A stretch of 64,000 nucleotides of DNA, taken from the NCBI GenBank assembly GCA_046350795.1, contig JAXLZT010000002.1, positions 24,293-88,292 on the forward strand. The letters are read 5' to 3'. How positions within the stretch are numbered: the first letter of the stretch is position 1; every line of letters starts with the position of its first letter. Positions 27,792 through 35,849 of the stretch are shown here, piece after piece. The stretch is from Minisyncoccota bacterium. GTDB lineage: Bacteria; Patescibacteriota; Minisyncoccia; Phycocordibacterales; CALRHW01. Made by a program: the position numbers and the translations under genes. A model generated the notes under the pieces. The model had not been told where the DNA came from, did not search any database, and saw only the letters and a list, made by a program, of their open reading frames with translations.

Positions 27792-29915
27792 CTAATCCCA
27801 ATCTTGTATCATCAAAAGATCTGTCTTTTCACATGGCATGTGTGACCAAATCTCTTCTGTAATAAATGGCATGAAAGGGTGGAGGGTTATCAAAGATTTT
27901 CTAAGTATTTCAAGAAGGGTATTTTGTCTAGAAAGTTTTGATTCTAAGTCTGAGCCAGATAATATCGGTTTACTTTCTTCTAGTATGACGTCTGCAAAAC
28001 GGTTCCATATATAGTGGTAGATTTTTTCTGATGCTAAATGAAAGCGGAATTCATCAAAATCACTTGTGATTTCTTTTAGAATATCTGAAAGTTCACGCAA
28101 CAATTCTTTGTCTTTTTCTGTCGTGATATTTTTTGTGTCTAAAGTAATACCTTCTGTATTTGAAAATACAAAGCGTGAAATATTCCAAACCTTGTTTGCA
28201 AAGTTTTTGTAGCCCTTTATTTTATTTTCATCGAGTGACGTATCTGAGCCCGGAGGGTTGGCTACCACAAGAGCCATGCGCAGTGCATCTGTGCCGTATT
28301 TTGCAGTCATATCGAGCGGATTGATGACGTTTCCTTTACTCTTACTCATCTTTTTGCCCTTTGAGTCGTTTACAAGCCCGTGCATGTAAACGTTTTTAAA
28401 AGGCACATCGCCGGCTAGATATAGGCCAAAGATAACCATACGAGGAATCCATTTAAAAATGAGATCGTAGCCAGACTCCATTACGTCAGTAGGGTAGAAG
28501 GCCTTGAAATCTTTTCCTTCTGGAAAATCGAGTGTCAAAAGTGGCCACTGACCAGAAGAAAACCAAGTATCAAAAGTGTCTGTGTCTTGCACAGCTTCAC
28601 CATCACACTTTGGACATTTGGATACGGTATTTTTAAGATCAGGAAAACCATGCCCGCATTTTGTGCAGATTTTTGCGGGTATTTGTATACCCCAAACTAT
28701 CTGACGGGAAATATTCCAGTCTATTGTGTTTTGCATCCAGTAGGTAAATATTTTTTTGTAGTTGTCAGAGTAAAAAGTAATACGACCATCTTCTACTGCT
28801 TGTAGGGCTTTGTCTGCAAGAGGTTTCATTTTTACATACCATTGTGGTAGCTGGCGGGGCTCTATGGTCGTGTTGCATTTATAGCAAGTCGGTACTGGAT
28901 GCACGTAGTCTTCTACTTTTTCTATGAGACCCATAGACTCGAGATCGGCTACGACTTGTTTGCGAGCCTCTGCTATTTTTATGCCAGCGTATTTACCAGT
29001 CTTTTCATTTAGCTTGCCCAGCTTGTCTATGACTTCTACAGATGGCAGACCATGTCGCTCCGCCAGCTCAAAATCATTTTTATCATGGGCTGGTGTGATT
29101 TTTAGCGCACCAGTACCAAAATCTTTTTCTACCATTTCATCGCCGACGACACGTAGGGTCATTTCACCGATAGGTGTCTCCACCACGATATCTGTGCCGA
29201 TGAGCTTTTTGTATCTTTTGTCTGTTGGATTGACCGCTACAGCCACGTCACCAAACATAGTCTCTGGACGCACAGTCGCTACGGTGAGCGGTCCGTACTT
29301 TATATAGTAAAGTTTGTCAGACATTTCTTTTGTTTCTGTCTCTACATCTGAAAGGGAAGTCTGATGCTTTGTACACCAGTTGACCATTCTATTGCCACGG
29401 TACACGAGACCGTCGTCGTACATTTTTTTAAATGTCTCGCCCACTTTTTTTATGACCTCTGGATCAAGAGTAAATTTTTCGCGAGACCAGTCACATGACG
29501 CACCCATAGATCGCACCTGATTTTCCATCGTCGCTTTGTTGGCAATAGTAAAGTCGTAGATCTCTTTGTATAGGTCCTGTGGGTCCATCTTGAAACGAGA
29601 GCGACCCTCTTTCTCTAGCTTTTTTTCATATACTATCTGTGTCTCAAAGCCTGCATGATCTGCGCCAGGTATCCAGAGAGCGCGATATCCTCGCATTCTT
29701 TTGTAGCGGGTCATGATGTCCTCTAGGGTAATGAAAAGAGAATGGCCTACGTGCAGGTCGCCGTTGGCATTTGGTGGAGGCATGATGATGGTAAAAGGAT
29801 CTTTGTGTCGAGCGGGTAAATTGTCGGGATTGAAAAAACCAGAGCTTTCCCACTCTTTATATATCCGTCCTTCTGTCGACTGCGGGTCGTAAGGTTTTGT
29901 AAATTTGTCGTCCAT
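27792..29915 (-). CDS. valS: Valyl-tRNA synthetase (short form; probable start at MDDKFTKPYDP)
   Basis: HIGH-region PPPNANGDLHVGH, a KMSKS motif (KMSKSKGN) and an editing-domain-like middle. The ORF extends to 30017, but the N-terminal extension looks non-native and would overlap dgkA. Confidence 0.75.
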   Translation of the reverse strand: MDDKFTKPYDPQSTEGRIYKEWESSGFFNPDNLPARHKDPFTIIMPPPNANGDLHVGHSLFITLEDIMTRYKRMRGYRALWIPGADHAGFETQIVYEKKLEKEGRSRFKMDPQDLYKEIYDFTIANKATMENQVRSMGASCDWSREKFTLDPEVIKKVGETFKKMYDDGLVYRGNRMVNWCTKHQTSLSDVETETKEMSDKLYYIKYGPLTVATVRPETMFGDVAVAVNPTDKRYKKLIGTDIVVETPIGEMTLRVVGDEMVEKDFGTGALKITPAHDKNDFELAERHGLPSVEVIDKLGKLNEKTGKYAGIKIAEARKQVVADLESMGLIEKVEDYVHPVPTCYKCNTTIEPRQLPQWYVKMKPLADKALQAVEDGRITFYSDNYKKIFTYWMQNTIDWNISRQIVWGIQIPAKICTKCGHGFPDLKNTVSKCPKCDGEAVQDTDTFDTWFSSGQWPLLTLDFPEGKDFKAFYPTDVMESGYDLIFKWIPRMVIFGLYLAGDVPFKNVYMHGLVNDSKGKKMSKSKGNVINPLDMTAKYGTDALRMALVVANPPGSDTSLDENKIKGYKNFANKVWNISRFVFSNTEGITLDTKNITTEKDKELLRELSDILKEITSDFDEFRFHLASEKIYHYIWNRFADVILEESKPILSGSDLESKLSRQNTLLEILRKSLITLHPFMPFITEEIWSHMPCEKTDLLMIQDWD

Positions 29916-29960
29916 TTTGGGTATTATAGCAAATAAATGGGGATTTAATATAATAGAGGT

Positions 29961-30335
29961 ATGAATAATGGAACAGAGAGATTTTCTATAGAAAAGAGGG
30001 TAAAAAGTGTGGGTCACGCTTGGCGTGGGCTGAGGCTATTTTTTAAAACGACACATAATGCTTGGGTGCATGTTTTTCTATGTCTGATTTCTTTTGGGGC
30101 TGGCTTTTATTTTCAAGTAACATCAGTAGAATGGCTGGCACTTGTGATTGTAGCAGGACTTTTGTTTACAGCCGAAGCTTTCAATACTGCCATCGAAATA
30201 GACATGGATCTGACTTCTCCTGATTTTCATCCCCATGCAAGAGATACAAAAGACGTTGCTGCTGGCGCCGTGCTCATATCCGGCATACTAATGATCCTCA
30301 TAAATATTCTTGTTTTTGCTACAAAAATACAGTAA
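29961..30335 (+). CDS. dgkA: Diacylglycerol kinase (prokaryotic DgkA family)
   Basis: 124 aa and 3 TM helices. EAFNTAIEIDMD matches the DgkA E..N.AIE motif. Confidence 0.7.
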   Translation: MNNGTERFSIEKRVKSVGHAWRGLRLFFKTTHNAWVHVFLCLISFGAGFYFQVTSVEWLALVIVAGLLFTAEAFNTAIEIDMDLTSPDFHPHARDTKDVAAGAVLISGILMILINILVFATKIQ

Positions 30336-30345
30336 TCTCAAGTCT

Positions 30346-31848
30346 ATGTCTAAACCCGGAAGCAAAGAAGATGTAGTTTTGCGCTTTGAGGAAGTGAGCT
30401 TTGATTATGGGCACAACAAGCCGATACTCGATGAAGTAGATTGTTCGGTTCGTCGTGGTAGCAAGATTACAATAATGGGACAAAATGGCGCTGGCAAAAG
30501 CACCATTTTTCAACTTATCACCAAAGAGCTCAAGCCTGCGAGCGGAAAAATAATCGTCTCAAATGGAATGACTATAGCTACAGCGCATCAGGTCATACCT
30601 CGCGATGAGTTAGAGCTATCTGTGCGAGATTTTTTTCTCAAAGCTTTTGAGGATGCCGTAAAGGCCGGTTTGCGAAAAGGTAGTGGAAAAATATATGATA
30701 TCGATCCTAAAATAGATGCGGTGCTAGAAGTGGTCAATCTGCATGCTCCACACGATAGGCTTATAAAATCTTTTTCTGGTGGTCAGCAGGCGCGTCTACT
30801 ACTTGCTGCAGCTTTGATACAAGATCCAGATATTTTACTCCTCGATGAGCCTACAAACAATCTAGATAAGGCCGGTATAGAACATTTGACTCAGTTTCTC
30901 ATTTCATATGATAAGACGGTGATAGTGATCTCCCATGATGCGGATTTCCTCAATGCTTTTACAGATGGTGTCCTTTACCTCAATGTGTTTACAAAAAAGA
31001 TAGAGCAGTATGTCGGCAACTATTTTGACGTAGTAGCTCAAATCACAGCACGTGTAGAAAAAGAAAACAGAAAAAACGCTCAGCTGGCAAAAGAGATTCA
31101 GGCCAACAAAGACAAAGCCAACTTTTTCTCAAATAAAGGAGGACAAATGCGACTCGTAGCTCGTAGAATGCGCGATAAAGCAGAAGAGCTGGAGGAGGAA
31201 ATGGTAGATATCAGACGCGAAGATAAAGTCATCCGCTCTTTTCGCATACCACATCAGCCAGAGCTTGTGGGTGATATTTTAAATATATCTTCTTTTGGCA
31301 CAATCAATCTAAAAACTCATAAGCCACTTCGTCGAAAGACAAAAATAACCTTGCGACGCAATAAGCATCTTTTGCTCAAGGGCCCAAATGGAATCGGTAA
31401 GAGTACTTTGCTCGAGGCCATAGCAAATGGCACAGAAGAGGGTACTACAATATCAGAGGGTGTGCGAGTGGGATATTATAGACAAGATTTTTCTACGCTT
31501 GATTTCAACCAAACTGTGTATGACTCATTACTTTCTGTGATGGATAAACACATAGAAGAGACAATGCGATCTGTAGCGGCTGGATTTTTGATTACAGCAG
31601 ATATGATTCATACAAAAATAGGGGATTTGTCCGAGGGGCAAAAAGGACTCGTGGCTTTTGCGCGACTGGTACTACAAAAGCCTGGGCTTTTGATTCTCGA
31701 TGAGCCGACCAATCATATAAACTTTCGACATTTGCCGGTGATAGCTGAGGCGCTAGATAAATACGAGGGCGCGATGGTGCTAGTGAGTCACGTGCCGGAT
31801 TTTGTAAAGAAGATAAGAATAGATGAAGTGTTGGATCTAGAAAAATAA
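30346..31848 (+). CDS. ABC-F family ATPase (tandem ABC domains, no TMD); start set at MSKPGSKED
   Basis: Two Walker A motifs (GQNGAGKST, GPNGIGKST), two signature motifs (LSGGQQARL, LSEGQKGLV) and an inter-domain linker. Confidence 0.8.
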   Translation: MSKPGSKEDVVLRFEEVSFDYGHNKPILDEVDCSVRRGSKITIMGQNGAGKSTIFQLITKELKPASGKIIVSNGMTIATAHQVIPRDELELSVRDFFLKAFEDAVKAGLRKGSGKIYDIDPKIDAVLEVVNLHAPHDRLIKSFSGGQQARLLLAAALIQDPDILLLDEPTNNLDKAGIEHLTQFLISYDKTVIVISHDADFLNAFTDGVLYLNVFTKKIEQYVGNYFDVVAQITARVEKENRKNAQLAKEIQANKDKANFFSNKGGQMRLVARRMRDKAEELEEEMVDIRREDKVIRSFRIPHQPELVGDILNISSFGTINLKTHKPLRRKTKITLRRNKHLLLKGPNGIGKSTLLEAIANGTEEGTTISEGVRVGYYRQDFSTLDFNQTVYDSLLSVMDKHIEETMRSVAAGFLITADMIHTKIGDLSEGQKGLVAFARLVLQKPGLLILDEPTNHINFRHLPVIAEALDKYEGAMVLVSHVPDFVKKIRIDEVLDLEK

Positions 31849-31854
31849 AATACA

Positions 31855-31955
31855 AAACAAAGTATCTAAAAAGGGTACGGACTTTTTGAAGCTTCAAAAA
31901 GTCCTGAAGCGTTCGCGCCGTCGCGCTCACGACCCCCTTTTTAGATACTTTGTTT
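31855..31955. repeat. Structured intergenic repeat element, copy A (family shared with 43505-43625), at a convergent-gene junction
   Basis: 21-bp perfect outer stem (AAACAAAGTATCTAAAAAGGG / CCCTTTTTAGATACTTTGTTT). Conserved core GGGTACGGACTTTTTGAAGCTTCAAAAAGTCCTGAAGCGTTCGCGCCGTCGCGCTCACGACCCCC. Confidence 0.6.
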
Positions 31956-31962
31956 ATCTGTC

Positions 31963-33261
31963 CTATTTTTCTAAAACCTTAGCAGCGTTCGAACCAGCCA
32001 CAAAACCAGTTGTCCAGCATAGTTGCAAGCTATATCCTCCAGAAGGTCTGTCTATATTTAAAACATCTCCTACAAGATAAAGATTTGAGAAAATGCGTGA
32101 TTGCATTGTTTTAAAATCAACTTCATCTAGTACGACTCCGCCGTTTGTAATAATTGCTTTGTCTGTTCCTAGGAGTGTATCTACGTTGAGTTTTAGGCCT
32201 TTTAAAAGGTTTATAAGACGCATTCTTTCTTCTCTCGTTATGCTGTTGCATTGTATATCTGGATCTATGCCGGAAAAATCTACAATTACTGAAGCTATGG
32301 CAGATGGCAGTAATTTATTTAAAGAGTTTTTGAACTTTTTGTTTGAATTTTCTTTAAAGATTTCTTGAAGTGTTGTGTTTAGTTGTCCGTGGTCTAGGCT
32401 TGGTATTAAATCTAGCGAAATCACAACTTCGCCGTATTTTAAGAGTTCACCAATCTCGCTACTCATGTTTAATATAGCCGGTCCACTTAGTCCGACGTGT
32501 GTGAAAAGTATCTTTCCTTTGTGAACAGCTTGTCTTTCTCCATTTTGGAAAGTCGTTATTTTTGCATTAGGCAAACTCACTCCAGCTATTCTAGAAATCC
32601 ATTTGTCTTTTACGGCTATTGGTACGAGAGACGGAGTTGGATTTATTATTGTATGTCCTATTTTTTTAAGCCATTTATATCCATCTCCGGTAGAACCAGT
32701 TTCTGGACGGGAAGTGCCTCCGGTCGCGATCACTATATTTTTGCCATATATCACATCTCCGCTCTTTGTTTTTACGCCGACAATTTTCTCTAAAGCGCCG
32801 GCGAGATTTTTCTTTACCGCCAGCACCTCTTTGTCCAGGACTATCTCTGTGACGGGGGAGTTGGAGAGCACTTTGACGTCGCCGGCGCGAACATAATCTA
32901 CCAGCACATCCCAGACAGATTGAGCACTATCACTTACAGGGAAAACACGCCCTTCATTTTCCACTTTTGTATCCATTTTTCTTATATGGAAAAAATCTAG
33001 AGTTTTTTCTACATCCCATTGTGAGAAAGCAGAAAACAAAAACTTTGCATTGTCTTTATATTTTTCTAAAAACTTTCTGACGTTTAGTTGTGCGTTTGTA
33101 ACATTACATCTGCCGCCTCCTGTAATCAGAAGTTTTTTGCCTAGAGAGTCATTTTTTTCAATCAACAATACCTTTGCACCAAGCTCTCCTGCACGCCCAG
33201 CTGTCATCATTCCAGCGGGTCCACCACCTACTACTATGACATCCCACTGTTTACTTTCCAT
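31963..33261 (-). CDS. HI0933-like (BaiN/aminoacetone-oxidase family) FAD-dependent flavoprotein
   Basis: N-terminal Rossmann DVIVVGGGPAGMMTA and the HI0933 motif LLITGGGRCNVTN. Confidence 0.75.
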   Translation of the reverse strand: MESKQWDVIVVGGGPAGMMTAGRAGELGAKVLLIEKNDSLGKKLLITGGGRCNVTNAQLNVRKFLEKYKDNAKFLFSAFSQWDVEKTLDFFHIRKMDTKVENEGRVFPVSDSAQSVWDVLVDYVRAGDVKVLSNSPVTEIVLDKEVLAVKKNLAGALEKIVGVKTKSGDVIYGKNIVIATGGTSRPETGSTGDGYKWLKKIGHTIINPTPSLVPIAVKDKWISRIAGVSLPNAKITTFQNGERQAVHKGKILFTHVGLSGPAILNMSSEIGELLKYGEVVISLDLIPSLDHGQLNTTLQEIFKENSNKKFKNSLNKLLPSAIASVIVDFSGIDPDIQCNSITREERMRLINLLKGLKLNVDTLLGTDKAIITNGGVVLDEVDFKTMQSRIFSNLYLVGDVLNIDRPSGGYSLQLCWTTGFVAGSNAAKVLEK

Positions 33262-33265
33262 ATTT

Positions 33266-34966
33266 TCAGCCTATATCTTTTATTTTCTTTGCTAAGTATC
33301 TTTCTCCGCCCTCCATTTCTTCTGAAAGTTCTACGAATATTTTGTATTCTTCCTCTGTAAGCTCTCTCTTTGAGCTAGCTTTTTCAAGCATCTTTAGGTA
33401 TCGTCTCAAGTCTTTTTTGAGTAATTCAAATACTGCATGCATCTCTTGTTCTGTTTCTGTCTTATCTTTTTCCATCTCACGCTTTAGGTTGTGTGATTTT
33501 CTGATGATGAATAGTATTAATAGGATAAATAGAAGTATCAATACCAGAACAGTTATACCTATTGAGATTATTTGTATTGTTTTTGTACCAAACCACACCG
33601 CCTTTGTTTCCCTTACATTTACAAAGACTTTCTCTGAAGGATCGCTTTTTACTTTGTCTGTTCTTATTGTTTCTGCCCACACTGATACATTACCGATGTT
33701 TCTTATTGGTTCTGTATTAAATGAGAATATGCCATCAGGATTGGATTTTACTGTGTAGCTTTTAGCTTCAAGTCCTTCTTCTTTTATCCATACGACTATA
33801 TCTGACTCTCCGTAGAATGATTTTCCTTGGACTTCAAATTTTGAGTCTACCTGTATGAATTCTGGGTAAGTAGTGATTTTTGGTATCTTTGTGACAGGTG
33901 AGTTTATAGAAACTGTTGATTCTGTGTTGTTGCCAGCCTTATCAAACACTTTTACAGTAATATCTTTTCTTCCTGAAGGTAGAGGAGATAAGATTATTTC
34001 TTGTTCAGAATCAGACTCAACATTTGCTTCTGCTATTTTTTCTTCTCCTAAATATACTTCGTATTTAGATACTCCAGATAGTGCATCTTTTGCAGATACT
34101 GAAAGAGAAATTGTGTCTTCTTCTGTAGTTTTTGAGTATATATTTAGATCTGTTGGTTTTGTAAGATCTATTTGTATTTTTCTACTTGCTATAGGTCCAA
34201 ATCCAGATGAGTTTCTAAATCTAGCGTTTATGAATAGTTTTCCTTCCGGTAGATTTTCAAGGGTCTTTGTCTTTATTGCTGGCTGATAATTTACGTACGG
34301 TACTGTGTCAGAGAATTTACTCAATACGAGCTGAACAGCTAATACTCCAGAAGGTATATCCCAAGTAAAGTTTCCAGATGTTGTGTTGTACCAAGAATCA
34401 GCGTTAGGCATATCTGGAGAGGTTATATTTGGAGCTTTCGGTAGTGAAACAGGGGTTGTTGGTGTCACAGGCACAGTCACGGGTGTTCCAGAGACTGTTA
34501 TAGAGCCACCTCTGGCTTGTGAAAATACATTTGTTCCTTTTCCATCATTTGCTCTAATTGCAGATGAGCCAAAAGATAAGCTAGCAACACCTGCTTTTTT
34601 TGCTCTAAAGTTTACTTTTAATATATTTCCAGTCTGTCCAGAATATCCAGGATTGGGTACGCCACCATTGAAAGATACTATTCCGCTTGTGTTGGAAAAT
34701 GTTGGTTGTTCAATCCACATTGTCATGACTGAGCCAGCTGTGGTGACAGAATCAACACTCAATGTATCAGCAGGGAAGAATAGACTTCCTTCTGCGTTGT
34801 TTACTTTTACTTCGTCAGTCGATATGTATACGGTTGCTGTAAAAGTACCATTTATTGATACTTGGGATTTGTCCAATACCAAGTACATATCTGCTGCACT
34901 CGCTATTGATGGAAGGATAAAAGATAGGCAGAGTATTATTGCATAGATAAATATTTTCCTTTTCAT
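33266..34966 (-). CDS. Membrane-anchored surface protein with N-terminal cohesin-like domain and Ig/FN3-like modules
   Basis: Signal peptide. Cohesin-like segment LVLDKSQVSINGTFTATVYISTDEVKVNNAEGSLFFPADTLSVDSV...GNILKVNFRAKKAGVASLSF. C-terminal TM helix followed by a charged coiled tail. Confidence 0.5.
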   Translation of the reverse strand: MKRKIFIYAIILCLSFILPSIASAADMYLVLDKSQVSINGTFTATVYISTDEVKVNNAEGSLFFPADTLSVDSVTTAGSVMTMWIEQPTFSNTSGIVSFNGGVPNPGYSGQTGNILKVNFRAKKAGVASLSFGSSAIRANDGKGTNVFSQARGGSITVSGTPVTVPVTPTTPVSLPKAPNITSPDMPNADSWYNTTSGNFTWDIPSGVLAVQLVLSKFSDTVPYVNYQPAIKTKTLENLPEGKLFINARFRNSSGFGPIASRKIQIDLTKPTDLNIYSKTTEEDTISLSVSAKDALSGVSKYEVYLGEEKIAEANVESDSEQEIILSPLPSGRKDITVKVFDKAGNNTESTVSINSPVTKIPKITTYPEFIQVDSKFEVQGKSFYGESDIVVWIKEEGLEAKSYTVKSNPDGIFSFNTEPIRNIGNVSVWAETIRTDKVKSDPSEKVFVNVRETKAVWFGTKTIQIISIGITVLVLILLFILLILFIIRKSHNLKREMEKDKTETEQEMHAVFELLKKDLRRYLKMLEKASSKRELTEEEYKIFVELSEEMEGGERYLAKKIKDIG

Positions 34967-35839
34967 TTATTTATTTTTGTAGAATTTCCAAAATCCAAAA
35001 AATACTATCAATATAAATATGATTATACTAATAATTTTCATCCAAGGCTTGCTGTTTTGTGGATTAAAGGTTGATGTCCTTTCGTTACCCGCATTATCTA
35101 TTGCTTTTACTGTAATAAGACTAGAGAGACTCTGGTCTTGTAAAACATAAGGACTTCCTGATCTCACTGGTGCGCGATTTCCTTCTGTTATTTCGTATCT
35201 GTTTATTCCAGAGTCGTTATCTGTAGTAAAGAAACTGATAAAATATTTACCATCAAATAGAGAATGGGTGCTTCCAAAATCTATATTAAATTTATTTGGT
35301 GGAGTTTTATCGTTATTTGTGAGCGACACGAGTTCATTTTCGTTTGTTCCTGATATTTGCACTGGTATTTGAATAGAGTCACCTGAAACTGCGGTTTTTG
35401 TACCTTTACCGTCATTTAGAAATGCTGTTGCATTTACTAGGTTTATTTTTATTGGCTCTGTGTTTGTTGGTTTTACTGCTATTGTGAAAAGTCTCAGAGA
35501 TTTTCCATATACTCCAGCTGTGGTACCACCAACGAAAGATATTTTGTCGCTATTAATATCTAGTGATGGTTTTCTTGGCCATAAGTCAAAGATTGATCCA
35601 CCTGTATTTATAGAAACCACATCTTTTGGTGTACTAAACTTTATTTCACCTTCTATTGCGTTTATTTCTTCGGCCGTATCAAGCATTACTTTTATGATAC
35701 TTGTGTTGCCAACGCTGATTGGTTTTTCTGGTAGGTCAACAAATATTTTTGCTGCATTTGCATAAGAGGGTATTGCAAATACGAAAAGTAATGTTATGGC
35801 TATGCGCGCGGTGATCTTTTGTAAAAGTTTTTTATTCAT
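34967..35839 (-). CDS. Membrane-anchored cohesin-like domain protein (start set at MNKKLLQKIT)
   Basis: Signal peptide. IKVMLDTAEEINAIEGEIKFSTPKDVVSINTGGSIFDLW...LRLFTIAVKPT parallels the cohesin-like segment of the neighbouring gene. C-terminal TM anchor. Confidence 0.5.
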   Translation of the reverse strand: MNKKLLQKITARIAITLLFVFAIPSYANAAKIFVDLPEKPISVGNTSIIKVMLDTAEEINAIEGEIKFSTPKDVVSINTGGSIFDLWPRKPSLDINSDKISFVGGTTAGVYGKSLRLFTIAVKPTNTEPIKINLVNATAFLNDGKGTKTAVSGDSIQIPVQISGTNENELVSLTNNDKTPPNKFNIDFGSTHSLFDGKYFISFFTTDNDSGINRYEITEGNRAPVRSGSPYVLQDQSLSSLITVKAIDNAGNERTSTFNPQNSKPWMKIISIIIFILIVFFGFWKFYKNK

Positions 35840-35849
35840 GATTTTCAAT

